Origin: a bacterium | GTDB lineage: Bacteria > Patescibacteriota > Patescibacteriia > JACQRZ01 | Reading direction: 5' to 3' | DNA: 64,000 nt | Assembly (NCBI GenBank): GCA_023246095.1 | Contig: JAHFJA010000002.1 | Span: forward strand, 39,489-103,488 | Shown: positions 28,312 to 40,131 of the stretch, piece after piece | Numbering within the stretch: position 1 is the first letter of the stretch | How the letters are laid out: the number at the start of each line of letters is the position of its first letter | Program-made: the position numbers and the translations under genes | Notes under the pieces: generated by a model | Database searches by the model: none | Seen by the model: the letters and a program-made list of their open reading frames with translations, nothing else | Told to the model about the DNA's origin: nothing

Positions 28312-30129
28312 ATGCCAAACACCATTCCACTCCCTCGCCACGCAGGAAAAGAGATGAAAGATTTTCTTGAAACGCGTTCATCTCATGGATATTCATTAAA
28401 CTACGATGATACCATGATGTCATTTCTTAATAATGACACGGGGGTAAGCCAGCTTTATATATATTCATTCGGTGCTAGTACCAAAAAACAGCTGACATCC
28501 TACGATGATGCTATCTCATTTGGTGAATTCTCTCCCACAGAAAACAAACTCATATTTGGCATGGCGCAGGGCGGGAATGAGAATACACAACTCTATCTTT
28601 TTGACCTGATCACACATGCAGTGAGCCCGATTACTGCCAATAAAGAAGTACAATATAAATTCAGCGGATGGTCATACGATGGTACCTCTATTATGTATGC
28701 CCACAATGAACGAAACGGTACTGATTTTGACGTGGTTGTTATGAATGTCGAGACTCGAGAAGTACGTACTATTTTTGATCAAGGTGGTTTTTGTAATCCT
28801 GCGGGGTTTTCTCCTAACGGCAGATACGCCGTGATTATAAAAAGTTACGCGTCATATAATCGCGACCTATACCTAGTAGATATTAGTGAGGGTATTACGA
28901 CCTTACTGACACCACACGATGGAAACGCAAAATATAGCATGCCGCACTGGCTTCCTGATTCCAGCGGATTCTTTGTGCGTACTGACGAAAACCAAGATAT
29001 CGTCGGCGTTGCATTTCATGATATCAAAACAAGCGAGCGAACATACAGACTTAACAGTAAGTGGGAATGTGAGGAACTTTCGCTTTCGTATGATGGTAAA
29101 AAAATAGCATTAGTTATGAATGAAGATGGCTATGGCACTATCGAAATCCGTAATGCGACTGACTTCCAAACACTCCCTCATCTCGAATTTCCCAAAGGTA
29201 TCATCCATGGCGCGCAATGGTCGCATGATGGAAAAAAATTAATGTTTGAATTTAACAATGCGAAACACAACAATGATATTTATTCGTGGTCAATGGAAAC
29301 TAATGAAATCACCCGTATCACCCATAGTCTCTGTGCATTGAATCCTGATGACCTTATTGAACCTGAGCTTATTCATTTTTCCTCATTTGATGGTTTGGAA
29401 ATTCCCGCATTTCTGTATCTCCCCGTGGCAACTGATGATAAAAAAATTCCTGTCATTGTTAACATCCATGGTGGACCTGAAGGACAAGATAGACCGAGCT
29501 TTAATTCGTTGACCCAATTTTTCCTCCATCGAGGATATGCTGTTGTCCGTCCCAATGTACGAGGGAGCTCCGGATATGGCGAAAAATATATGGCGCTTGA
29601 CGATAGAGAAAAACGAATGGACTCTGTCAAAGACCTTGAGTATTTACACAAGTACCTTTCAAGCAGACCTGAAGTCGACGATAAAAAAATTGCACTCATG
29701 GGCGCAAGTTATGGTGGATATATGGTACTTGCTGGACTTGCATTCCAGCCTGACTTATGGGCGGCGGGGATAGATATCGTTGGTATTTCTCATTTAGGAA
29801 ATTTCCTTAGAAACACCTCTTCCTACCGGCGTGCTATGCGCGAAGCTGAATACGGATATCTGGCAACTGACGAAACATTCCTTGAAGCGTTTTCTCCGCT
29901 CAATTCTGTAAATAAAATTAAAGCACCGCTCATTGTCATCCATGGCGCCAATGATCCTCGTGTACCATTATCCGAGGCAGAGCAGATCGTAGCTAGCCTG
30001 AAGGCGAGGGACATCGATGTACAATTTCTCGTCTACGAGGATGAAGGACACGGTCTCGCAAAATTAAAAAACAGGCTCGATGCCTATCCAAAAGTTGCTG
30101 AGTTTCTCGATGAGCATTTGAAGGGGTAG
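28312..30129 (+). CDS. S9 family (prolyl oligopeptidase/acylaminoacyl) peptidase
   Basis: beta-propeller repeats; HGGP, GASYGGY, HGANDPRV, DEGHG. Confidence 0.95.
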   Translation: MPNTIPLPRHAGKEMKDFLETRSSHGYSLNYDDTMMSFLNNDTGVSQLYIYSFGASTKKQLTSYDDAISFGEFSPTENKLIFGMAQGGNENTQLYLFDLITHAVSPITANKEVQYKFSGWSYDGTSIMYAHNERNGTDFDVVVMNVETREVRTIFDQGGFCNPAGFSPNGRYAVIIKSYASYNRDLYLVDISEGITTLLTPHDGNAKYSMPHWLPDSSGFFVRTDENQDIVGVAFHDIKTSERTYRLNSKWECEELSLSYDGKKIALVMNEDGYGTIEIRNATDFQTLPHLEFPKGIIHGAQWSHDGKKLMFEFNNAKHNNDIYSWSMETNEITRITHSLCALNPDDLIEPELIHFSSFDGLEIPAFLYLPVATDDKKIPVIVNIHGGPEGQDRPSFNSLTQFFLHRGYAVVRPNVRGSSGYGEKYMALDDREKRMDSVKDLEYLHKYLSSRPEVDDKKIALMGASYGGYMVLAGLAFQPDLWAAGIDIVGISHLGNFLRNTSSYRRAMREAEYGYLATDETFLEAFSPLNSVNKIKAPLIVIHGANDPRVPLSEAEQIVASLKARDIDVQFLVYEDEGHGLAKLKNRLDAYPKVAEFLDEHLKG

Positions 30130-30137
30130 TATTGAAT

Positions 30138-30398
30138 TTACCCCAACAATACTTCTTCTTCTTTCAAAATTTCTTCAAGCCCACTAAGATCATTGTTTTT
30201 GAGACATTCAATTTTCCTGATGGTGTTTTTTATGATAACCGGTATAACTTCGGGTTGTTCTTTGAATATCTTAATTATGTTTTCCTGTTCGCTGGGTGAT
30301 ATATAATGAACAACGGAGTTCCATGCCGACAACTCTTCTTTTGAAAGATTAGCCTGGTCACCATATTCGCTGGCCACGGTAGTTAATTCTGATATCAT
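30138..30398 (-). CDS. small hypothetical protein
   Basis: 86-aa helical ORF coupled to 30400..31176. Confidence 0.65.
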   Translation of the reverse strand: MISELTTVASEYGDQANLSKEELSAWNSVVHYISPSEQENIIKIFKEQPEVIPVIIKNTIRKIECLKNNDLSGLEEILKEEEVLLG

Positions 30399-30399
30399 A

Positions 30400-31176
30400 T
30401 CATTTATTGTCGAGATATTTTCTACTCTTAAAATGTTTATTTTCTATCAACTTCCCCTCTAAAATATGTATCCTCGTCAATGACCCATCTGTATCTTCAC
30501 TTATGATTTCAATCATCAGATCATTTGGGGTAGGTCCGATCCGCACAACGTTAAATACAACATTACTTGTCCAGTCCCGCAAATTTTCACCTTCATGAGG
30601 TAACCCTTCATCGAACGCACCTGTAGTGTCAAAAATAGCTTCTTTATTATCTGCTAGTGTTTTAACGCTATAGGCACCCAACTCAACCTTTTGTCGTTTT
30701 AACTCAGCAAAAAGAGTGGAACGATTTTCAAAAACAATCACCGGTTGTGTATAAGAATGCTTCTCTATCGCCTCTTTGCTTGCTTCCATTTTTGTTCTTG
30801 AATCAAATTCGCTTTCTATAGACTCCAACTCTTTTTTTTCACTTTCATTTAACAATTTTGTCTTTTGTTTTTCAAGCACATCATACCCTTGCGAAGAAAT
30901 TTGTGGGGAATCCAACAATTTCCCTTTAGCAAAGGCTTCTTTTTCACCCATTGCACCGATCAAAGTGATCACTCCCGTAGCGATAGTGATCATAAGCCTT
31001 TTATTGGCAAACGAGGCAGTAGACTTAGCGGTCTTTTCTAACCAACTATTGCCAGTCTCCTTAGTTGAAAGATTCTCTACTAGTTTTGGTACCGAAATAT
31101 CTGGTGTAGCTCCTTTTTGTGCGGCAACTACTTCTGTTTGTATCTCCTGTGGATTCTGTGGTGTTTCTATCCCCAT
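30400..31176 (-). CDS. hypothetical protein with one hydrophobic segment
   Basis: 258-aa ORF downstream of recA; LMITIATGVITLIGAM. Confidence 0.75.
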   Translation of the reverse strand: MGIETPQNPQEIQTEVVAAQKGATPDISVPKLVENLSTKETGNSWLEKTAKSTASFANKRLMITIATGVITLIGAMGEKEAFAKGKLLDSPQISSQGYDVLEKQKTKLLNESEKKELESIESEFDSRTKMEASKEAIEKHSYTQPVIVFENRSTLFAELKRQKVELGAYSVKTLADNKEAIFDTTGAFDEGLPHEGENLRDWTSNVVFNVVRIGPTPNDLMIEIISEDTDGSLTRIHILEGKLIENKHFKSRKYLDNK

Positions 31177-31206
31177 ACAATCATTAGATAAAAGATTATG
31201 CGAGAA

Positions 31207-32313
<1,107 letters not shown>

Positions 32314-32333
32314 ATCCGTTTACGTACTATGAA

Positions 32334-33011
32334 TTATTGAATAATGGAACCCCGAAGAAAGGACACGTTGTTATCCTGATCGTACCGAATTGTTCGATAA
32401 ATTGTCTGCTCTTTACTATGTTTTTTTACTGCAGATATTTTTAATGTATTCACGCCTTGTGCTAATTGGATCTCTTGCTTAAATGACCCATCTTCTTGCT
32501 TCATAACCGGCTGATCGTTGATAGTGAGCTGCGCGTCTATTGTTGTGTGGCCTTGAACAACCACATTTCGGTCATTACTGGTCAGGTTATCAGATGGACT
32601 CACTACGTCTAAAACAGGAGGAGTAATCGTTGCCACACCCAGCCACACAATGTATCCAAAGCAACTCAGCGCCAATACCCCCAATCCTACAAATTTTAAT
32701 ATACGAGGACCTACCCAAAAATTTGCCCGACTGACACGATACTGAGGAACAGTATGTCCCTTTTCAGCGGTCAAAGCACGGGTTTTTCTCACCAGAGGAC
32801 CTGTTTCTAAGCCGAGAAAGTGAGCATAGGCCTTCACATATCGCGTCGCGTATATACTACCAGGCAAAATATCAAACCGATTCTGTTCAATACAGGTCAA
32901 ATACTGTGCTCTGATGCCAAGTTCATTAGCGATATGGTGTATGCTCAGTTTTTGTTGTTCTCGTACTTTTTTCAAAATATCCCCAACGGTTTTTGTCTGT
33001 TTGTTCAGCAT
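32334..33011 (-). CDS. RodZ-like HTH protein with TM and Ig-like domain
   Basis: VGDILKKVRE...YLTCIE...YVKAYAHFLGL; TM; GVNTLKISA Ig-like strand; ftsK-rodZ-recA synteny. Confidence 0.8.
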   Translation of the reverse strand: MLNKQTKTVGDILKKVREQQKLSIHHIANELGIRAQYLTCIEQNRFDILPGSIYATRYVKAYAHFLGLETGPLVRKTRALTAEKGHTVPQYRVSRANFWVGPRILKFVGLGVLALSCFGYIVWLGVATITPPVLDVVSPSDNLTSNDRNVVVQGHTTIDAQLTINDQPVMKQEDGSFKQEIQLAQGVNTLKISAVKKHSKEQTIYRTIRYDQDNNVSFLRGSIIQ

Positions 33012-33078
33012 GGAGTAACAATAATTATCCCTAGTATACGCCCGTTATTCAGAGGGCGTCAAGGGGAAAAATACACGA

Positions 33079-35316
33079 TCAACGATATGGTTCATCTTCT
33101 CTATACTCAGCCTCTTCGCCGGTATCAGTAGATGTGTCAAGCATGTCCAATTCATCCAAATTCCCTACCAAAATCTCACGAGGCCGAGCCCCATCACCCG
33201 GACCAATAATCCCCTGTGCTTCCAATAAATCAAGGAGTCGGGCAGCTCGTGCATAGCCAACACGCAGACGACGCTGTAACAATGACGCCGATGCTTTTTT
33301 TGCTTGCATGACCACTTCCTTCGCTTGAGGTAATAACTCGTCATCGTCATCATCTCCGTCACCCATGTTTCCTCCGACTTTGGCGATCTTCTCGGTTACA
33401 TCTTCCTCGTATTGCGCTTCTCCCTGCTCGCGCAAATAATCAGTCACGCGACGAATTTCTTCGTCCGCTGCATACACACCCTGAATACGTTGAGGCCGTG
33501 AGCTCTCGGATGATACATACAACATATCCCCCCTTCCCACCAAACGTTCTGCACCTGGGGTGTCTAAAATAGTTCGAGAATCAATTTGCGATGGGACGGA
33601 AAATGCAATACGGGCAGGGATATTGGCCTTAATCAAACCAGTAATAACATCGGTCGATGGGCGCTGTGTCGCAAGAATTAAGTGGATGCCTACCGCGCGC
33701 GCCATTTGCGCAAGGCGTACAATCAGATTCTCTACTTCTGGTCCGCACGTCACCATAATATCGGCAAGCTCATCGATGATAATAACGATATACGGCAATT
33801 TCTCTTTCATGTCGCGATTATATGTCGCGATATCGCGCTTTTTCTGGGATGATAAAATCTCAAAGCGACGATCCATCTCCCCGATCGCCCACTTGAGTGC
33901 ATTGACCGCCTTTTTCACGTTCGTAACTACCGGCGTTAGAAGGTGAGGTATATCATTATAGATCGGCAACTCGACACGCTTTGGGTCAACCATGATAAAT
34001 CGCAATTCATCAGGACCATTTTGATATAAAAGACTAATGATGATTGAATTCATACAAACCGTCTTTCCTGAACCAGTTGAACCCGCGATCAACAAGTGAG
34101 GCATCCGTAAAATATCGGCGAATCGTGGCGTACCTGATACATCTTTCCCTAGTGCAATATTTAGGTTGCTTGATCGGCGTTTAAATTCTTCAGAAGTCAA
34201 CAACTCATTCATGGTGACCATCGCTGTTTTTTTGTTCGGTACTTCAATCCCCACCAACGATTTTCCAGGGATGGGTGCTTCAATACGAATAGGGTGTGCA
34301 GCAAGAGAAAGAGCAAGATCATTGTGCAGCGAAAGGATGGATGCAACCTTCACTCCGTCCGCGGGCTTGAACGTAAACTGAGTCACCGTCGGTCCCACGT
34401 TCACTTCGGCCATTTCAACAGCAATACCAAAGGTCTCAAAAGTCCGCTGAATAATTAACTTGCTCTTCCCTATATCCGTGCTTTGAGGTTGATATTTTTG
34501 CGTATTAAGAAGATCCATGGGGACCTGAATTTTTTTATGAATGATTTTTGGCTTGACGATCGGTAGTTCTTCTTCGCGCGCCGTTCCCGAATCAGGCGTT
34601 TTTGCTACCGCAATCGTGGAAAAAACTGGCACAGGCTCCTCTTGGGCTGCCTCTCCCTCACGTTCCACCGCTTGATCTTGTGTGTCATCCTGCCCCTCAC
34701 CCTTTTCTCGCTTGAACCGGGCGAACATCGAGGTAAAACGATTGCCAATATCTTTCAGTGCACTTACGTGTCCGCTCAGCGAGGATAGTGACGTATTAAA
34801 AATAACCAAAAGCGCGCTGACAAATATTGCGACTAAAATAATGAGTCCTCCCCAAAATCCTAATGTTACATGGAGGGGGTATGCAAATGCAAAACCGAAA
34901 ATACCTCCCCCACCACCCTGGAGTGCAGTACTCCATGCGACTTCCGGATCAATGCCTATATGCCAAAACGCTGCGAAACTCACTGCGACAATAATAAGAC
35001 CAACGGTATTCATCCCTTTCACACTATATCGATCAGGCCGCAAAAATACATAGGCAAGCAAAAGCAATAACAAAGGAAATATTATCTTTATGCGGCCAAA
35101 CAATATCCCCATCATGGAGCTCATCCAAACACCAATACTGCCGGCCATCTCGAATACGCTCAACAAACCTAATAGGCCTAGGGCAAATAAAAAAACGATA
35201 CCGACCGCCTTCTTGGTGTCGGGACTGATGCTTGCCCACCATACAGAAATGGAAGACGAGCCCTGCGGTTCTTCGCGCCTGCTTCGAGGGCGGTGCGGTT
35301 GAGTAATCTGTGCCAT
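33079..35316 (-). CDS. ftsK: DNA translocase FtsK/SpoIIIE
   Basis: 4TM N-terminus, PHLLIAGSTGSGKT, IIDELAD, ATQRPS, gamma domain LQRRLRVGYARAARL; likely start MAQIT. Confidence 0.97.
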   Translation of the reverse strand: MAQITQPHRPRSRREEPQGSSSISVWWASISPDTKKAVGIVFLFALGLLGLLSVFEMAGSIGVWMSSMMGILFGRIKIIFPLLLLLLAYVFLRPDRYSVKGMNTVGLIIVAVSFAAFWHIGIDPEVAWSTALQGGGGGIFGFAFAYPLHVTLGFWGGLIILVAIFVSALLVIFNTSLSSLSGHVSALKDIGNRFTSMFARFKREKGEGQDDTQDQAVEREGEAAQEEPVPVFSTIAVAKTPDSGTAREEELPIVKPKIIHKKIQVPMDLLNTQKYQPQSTDIGKSKLIIQRTFETFGIAVEMAEVNVGPTVTQFTFKPADGVKVASILSLHNDLALSLAAHPIRIEAPIPGKSLVGIEVPNKKTAMVTMNELLTSEEFKRRSSNLNIALGKDVSGTPRFADILRMPHLLIAGSTGSGKTVCMNSIIISLLYQNGPDELRFIMVDPKRVELPIYNDIPHLLTPVVTNVKKAVNALKWAIGEMDRRFEILSSQKKRDIATYNRDMKEKLPYIVIIIDELADIMVTCGPEVENLIVRLAQMARAVGIHLILATQRPSTDVITGLIKANIPARIAFSVPSQIDSRTILDTPGAERLVGRGDMLYVSSESSRPQRIQGVYAADEEIRRVTDYLREQGEAQYEEDVTEKIAKVGGNMGDGDDDDDELLPQAKEVVMQAKKASASLLQRRLRVGYARAARLLDLLEAQGIIGPGDGARPREILVGNLDELDMLDTSTDTGEEAEYREDEPYR

Positions 35317-35387
35317 GGGAACACGGTATAATGCTTGTATTATAGCGTGTTCGGGATCCTGAGGCAAGAACCTCTTTCTGTAAAATG

Positions 35388-35819
35388 TTACTTTTGTAAA
35401 TCTATCTTTCCTTTACTTACGAGGGTCCACCTATCTCCATCTTTTGCATAAATAGCAGGTCTGACCATTTCCCATTTATCAGTGGTATACATCTCTTCTC
35501 CTTTGATATCTATACCATCAAATGCAGACTGAAAGCGTTCCTCAGCTTTTGTAATATTAAGAGATCGAGGAATCATGACCATAAACTGGTTATCCTTATC
35601 GGGGATAGGGACTGCCATATATTCCTTTAGTGCAGAGTTTGGATCCAATGAAATCGTTTCTACAGACTGTTTACTATCTGTTATCTTCTCCTGGAAATCG
35701 TGCGAATTCTTACTGTCATTATAAAGATCCCGGTCTGCTCTCACTTCAGGAAGCTTATAGTCCTTTACTTCTACTTTTTTCTCTTCCGAATTAACCATGC
35801 TTGGTGATTCAAAATTCAT
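35388..35819 (-). CDS. hypothetical protein
   Basis: 143-aa ORF; C-terminal VRPA...W.LVSKGKI motif. Confidence 0.7.
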   Translation of the reverse strand: MNFESPSMVNSEEKKVEVKDYKLPEVRADRDLYNDSKNSHDFQEKITDSKQSVETISLDPNSALKEYMAVPIPDKDNQFMVMIPRSLNITKAEERFQSAFDGIDIKGEEMYTTDKWEMVRPAIYAKDGDRWTLVSKGKIDLQK

Positions 35820-35875
35820 ATATATACGGCTTCAGTTAATTATGACTAGTAGACATATAAAAGTGTATCACAAAG

Positions 35876-35983
35876 CAAACAAAAAATCCCCTTACCTCGA
35901 CAAGACGTAAGTCTGTATTGAAACAGACCGGAGGAGAGAGAATTGTTCTTGTCGAGGTAAGGAGACATTTGTGGAACGAACGT
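35876..35983 (-). ncRNA. candidate small RNA/attenuator (long hairpin with CUCCUCC internal loop)
   Basis: perfect 16-bp IR 35890-35905/35947-35962, inner hairpin GTCTGT/ACAGAC, U-tract, own promoter. Confidence 0.55.
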
Positions 35984-35989
35984 GCGATC

Positions 35990-36018
35990 ACTATAGCACA
36001 AAAAAGCCACTTTGTCAA
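35990..36018 (-). promoter_or_regulatory. strong sigma70 promoter
   Basis: TTGACA-17bp-TATAGT with extended TG. Confidence 0.8.
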
Positions 36019-36042
36019 GAGTGTTTGTATTCGAGAAACACA

Positions 36043-36072
36043 AGAAAACCCCTCTTTTCTGAGGGGTTTTCT
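36043..36072 (-). terminator. rpoC terminator
   Basis: agaaaacccctc-ttttct-gaggggttttct. Confidence 0.9.
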
Positions 36073-36090
36073 ATACGATCCTAAACTGTC

Positions 36091-39000
36091 TTACTTCTTC
36101 TTATTACGTCGCTGTTCGTACCCTGTTCCCACAGGAATCAGGCGACCGATAATGACGTTTTCTTTCAACCCTTCGAGATGGTCAACTTTTCCCGTCACTG
36201 CAGCGTTGATCAATACACGTGCGGTTTCTTGGAAAGATGCAGCTGACAACCAGCTTCGCGTCGCAAGAGATGCTTTGGTAATACCCATCAATAATTCTAA
36301 TGCTTGAGCAGGTTTACCCTTTGCTTTTCTTGCTTCCTCATTCACTTCCATCCATTCTGAGTACTCGATGATTTCACCAGGAAGAAGGTCGGTATCTCCT
36401 GAATCAGTAATTTGTACACGGGAGAACATCTGGCGTGCAATGATTTCTAAGTGCTTATCATTAAGGCGTCCTGCCTGAGAGGCATAGATATTTTGGATAC
36501 CGTTGATGATATACTTCTGAGTTGCCAACTTGCCTTTGTATCCATACAAATCTTGCAAATCGACACTTCCTTCAGTCAATGCGTCCCCTGCTGCAACAAG
36601 GTCACCATCTTGTACCCACAAGGTAAGAGTTGTCGGAATGATATACTCGCGTGTTCCTCGCACAGTGGCGGTAAGTTTAACGCCATCTTTTTCAATTTTT
36701 ACCGTACCGGGATGCAACGCTTTTACATCAATACCATATTCAGTAATAAACAATGTGTCGCCTTCCATTACTGCGTCATCTTCCTGTACTTTCATGACCA
36801 AATCACCCTTCTTACCTTTCTTTGGTGCTGGCTCTTCTCCTTCCACCTTTGCTTTACGGACAATCTTGAATCGATATAAATCGGATCGCACTTCGTCGTA
36901 TTCAATACTTACTACTTTCTGGCCCTGAGTTGTCTGTGCTACTTCTTTTCCTTTTTCATCGACGATGGACTTCCTCTTTTCCAAAATCGAAACTTTTCCT
37001 GAGACTTCAGTGACGATTGCTTTTACTTTTGGAATACGCGCTTCAAAAAGTTCTTCTACACGAGGAAGACCCTGGGTAATATCGACACCCGCCACACCAC
37101 CAGTATGGAAAGTTCTCATAGTAAGCTGTGTACATGGTTCACCAAGCGACTGCGCTGCAAGAATACCCACGGCCATACCAGAAAGTGCGGGAGCGTTGGT
37201 AGCCAAGTCAAGTCCGTAACATTGAACACATACACCTCTTACCGATGCACAAGTAAGTAATGATCGGAGTTTAAGTTCTTCAATACCTGCTGCTTTAACG
37301 AGATCTGCGGCTGCGCGATCAAATATTTGATCTTTTTGAACGATCACTGTCCCTTTCGAATCTTTGATATCTTCAAAACAAGCACGTGCCAAGAGTCGAT
37401 CGTAGAAATCAACATCAATCTGATCACTTTCTTTTTTCGTCACGGTGAGTCCTTCTGTTGTACCACAGTCGCCAATCGCAGTTACTACATCTTGTGCAAC
37501 GTCAACCAAACGACGGGTAAGATATCCTGCGTTGGAGGTACGAAGTGCAGTATCGGCAAGTCCTTTACGCGCACCGTGAGTGGAGATGAAGAATTCCAAA
37601 ATTCCCAAACCTTCTTTGAAACTGCTCGTAACGGCCAACTCAATAATGTCTCCCGATGGGTTTGCCATGAGACCTTTCATACCAATGATCTGGTTGAGCT
37701 GTGACCAACTTCCGCGAGCACCCGATTCAATGATGGAATAAAGAGCATTGTCTTTGTGAAGTGAGCGCTCACTCTTTGCATACACTTTATCTTTTGCTTC
37801 AGTCCATACACTAATAATACGCGCGCGGCGTTCTGCGAAAGTCAGTAACCCCATTTCATATTGCTGTTCTACTTCGGTAATCTTTAATTCTGCCTCTTTG
37901 ATAAATCCCTCTTTCTCTACCACCGGAGGAACGTCGAACATACCAAAGGAAAGTCCTGCTTTCGTGAGATATGAGTAGCAGAGATTTTTCATAGCATCCA
38001 AAAGTTCAGCGGTTCTGTCTTGTCCGCAACGATTGAGACACAACGATACCATTTCACTCAATACCTTCTTTCTTAATTCTTTGTTGTAAAACCCTACTTC
38101 TGGAGGAAGAATGTCATTGAACAAAATACGGCCGATTGTGGTCTCAAGACGAGTCGATGTTTTTTCTTCAGGTGAAAGTCGTACAGCTAATTCTGGGGAG
38201 ATACGAATACTAATCTTTTCGCGCAAACCAATAACATCAGTGGCATAAGCGAGCTTTGCTTCTTGTTCACTGCTGAAACGTTTAATACTTTCTGGTGCGC
38301 GGTCATCTTGATCTGAACCAGTGGAGCTCATATAGAATGCACCCCATACGATGTCTTTATCTGCCTGGGCAATAGGAGCACCGGTCGCTGGCTTGAGAAG
38401 GTTGTGGCTCGCAAGCATGAAACTTCCTGCTTCCTGGCGTGCTTCTTCTGAAAGCGGTACGTGGACTGCCATCTGGTCACCATCAAAGTCAGCGTTAAAT
38501 GCCGCACATACCATTGGGTGTACCTGGATAGCTTTTCCTTCAATGAGGATTGGGCGAAACGCTTGAATACCGAGACGGTGGAGAGTCGGTGCGCGGTTGA
38601 GAAGAACATACGCACCATCTACCACTTCTTCAAGAATATCCCACACTTCATCGCGTCCGCTTTCAATAAAACGAGAGGCACTGCGAACATTGTAGACATA
38701 TTCACGTTCAATAAGTTTGCTGATCACGAATGGTTTGAACAATTCAAGCGCCATACGTTTTGGCAAACCACACTGATCAAGGCGAAGAGTCGGACCAACA
38801 ACGATTACACTGCGTCCGGAATAGTCGATACGCTTACCCAAAAGGTTTTGTCGGAATCGACCACGCTTCCCTTTCAACATGTCTGCAAGTGACTTCAATG
38901 TGCGTTTTTGTCCTGTTGAAGCTACAACAGTCTTTCCGTGACGAGCAGAGTTATCAATGAGAGCGTCTACCGCTTCCTGCAACATACGTCGTTCGTTACG

Positions 39001-40110
39001 ACAAATCACTTCTGGCGCACGGAGGTCAACCAATTGTTTGAGACGATTGTTTCGATTGATAACACGACGATAGAGATCATTAAGATCGGACGTCGCGAAT
39101 CGTCCCCCATCCAATGCAACCATAGGACGCAAGTCAGGAGGAATGATTGGCACCGTCGTCATGATCATCCATTCAGGACGAATGTTGTTTTTGCGCAAGT
39201 TCTTTACCAAAATTGCACGGCGGATCAATTTTTCCTTTTTGAGTCCTTGTGCGCTGAGCATCTGCTCCTTCATTTCCGCTTCCATCGCTTCCAGATCCAT
39301 ACGGACAAGCAAATCTTTGATTGCTTGAGCACCAATGCCTGCCTCAAAAATATGCCCATATTTCATGGAAAGTTCACGATAACTTTCTTCACTCATGATA
39401 CGCAACGGCTTGAGGTTCTTCAATTCTTCTTCTTCCATTTTAAAACTCTGCTCGAGCTCAACTAATTCTTTTTCTTTTGCTGCTTCGTAGCCTGCCACTG
39501 CAGTACTAATTGCTGCCGGTTTCGCTTTTTCAGCTATCTCCGCATTATTTTCTACAACCGAACGTGCTTCGTTTATTTTTCGATTGTATTCTGTCTCAAT
39601 CTGATTTTTCTTGTTTTTAAATTCTTGTTTCACCTGTTCAACGGTCTGCACCTTAAGATCTTCGTTCACGTCAGACACGATGAAGCTGGCAAAATAAATG
39701 ACCTTCTCCAGATTTTGAACTGAGATGTCAAGAAGCGTTCCAATCTTGGAAGGAACTCCGCGTAAAAACCAAATATGAGATACCGGTGCTGCCAAATCGA
39801 TGTGACCCATTCGTTCACGGCGCACAATCGAACGGGTGACTTCTACTCCGCACTTGTCACACACGATTCCTTTGTATCGAACTTTTTTATATTTTCCACA
39901 ATAACATTCCCAGTCTTTTGTTGGACCGAAAATACGTTCAGAAAATAATCCATCCTTTTCCGGCTTTTGAGTACGATAATTAATCGTTTCAGGTCGTGTT
40001 ACTTCTCCGAATGACCAACGATGGATATCAGCAGGAGATGCGAGACGCAAACGTATTGCCTCAAAATCGAGCACTTGTTGGAAATCCTTTTTTTCGAGAT
40101 TGTTGTTCAT
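36091..40110 (-). CDS. rpoC: RNA polymerase beta' subunit
   Basis: NADFDGDQM, Zn-finger C.CGKY...[12 protein letters not shown]. Confidence 0.99.
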   Translation of the reverse strand: MNNNLEKKDFQQVLDFEAIRLRLASPADIHRWSFGEVTRPETINYRTQKPEKDGLFSERIFGPTKDWECYCGKYKKVRYKGIVCDKCGVEVTRSIVRRERMGHIDLAAPVSHIWFLRGVPSKIGTLLDISVQNLEKVIYFASFIVSDVNEDLKVQTVEQVKQEFKNKKNQIETEYNRKINEARSVVENNAEIAEKAKPAAISTAVAGYEAAKEKELVELEQSFKMEEEELKNLKPLRIMSEESYRELSMKYGHIFEAGIGAQAIKDLLVRMDLEAMEAEMKEQMLSAQGLKKEKLIRRAILVKNLRKNNIRPEWMIMTTVPIIPPDLRPMVALDGGRFATSDLNDLYRRVINRNNRLKQLVDLRAPEVICRNERRMLQEAVDALIDNSARHGKTVVASTGQKRTLKSLADMLKGKRGRFRQNLLGKRIDYSGRSVIVVGPTLRLDQCGLPKRMALELFKPFVISKLIEREYVYNVRSASRFIESGRDEVWDILEEVVDGAYVLLNRAPTLHRLGIQAFRPILIEGKAIQVHPMVCAAFNADFDGDQMAVHVPLSEEARQEAGSFMLASHNLLKPATGAPIAQADKDIVWGAFYMSSTGSDQDDRAPESIKRFSSEQEAKLAYATDVIGLREKISIRISPELAVRLSPEEKTSTRLETTIGRILFNDILPPEVGFYNKELRKKVLSEMVSLCLNRCGQDRTAELLDAMKNLCYSYLTKAGLSFGMFDVPPVVEKEGFIKEAELKITEVEQQYEMGLLTFAERRARIISVWTEAKDKVYAKSERSLHKDNALYSIIESGARGSWSQLNQIIGMKGLMANPSGDIIELAVTSSFKEGLGILEFFISTHGARKGLADTALRTSNAGYLTRRLVDVAQDVVTAIGDCGTTEGLTVTKKESDQIDVDFYDRLLARACFEDIKDSKGTVIVQKDQIFDRAAADLVKAAGIEELKLRSLLTCASVRGVCVQCYGLDLATNAPALSGMAVGILAAQSLGEPCTQLTMRTFHTGGVAGVDITQGLPRVEELFEARIPKVKAIVTEVSGKVSILEKRKSIVDEKGKEVAQTTQGQKVVSIEYDEVRSDLYRFKIVRKAKVEGEEPAPKKGKKGDLVMKVQEDDAVMEGDTLFITEYGIDVKALHPGTVKIEKDGVKLTATVRGTREYIIPTTLTLWVQDGDLVAAGDALTEGSVDLQDLYGYKGKLATQKYIINGIQNIYASQAGRLNDKHLEIIARQMFSRVQITDSGDTDLLPGEIIEYSEWMEVNEEARKAKGKPAQALELLMGITKASLATRSWLSAASFQETARVLINAAVTGKVDHLEGLKENVIIGRLIPVGTGYEQRRNKKK

Positions 40111-40131
40111 AATAATTTCAATAAGGATGGA

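Noticed and set aside
35846-36043. 65-aa and 60-aa ORFs over the hairpin RNA
   Set aside because: They start within or upstream of the promoter, have no protein-like features, and the region is better explained by RNA structure
39400-39680. Coiled-coil insertion in RpoC as a possible intein
   Set aside because: No intein splice motifs; resembles the lineage-specific beta' insertion known from Actinobacteria-like RNAPs
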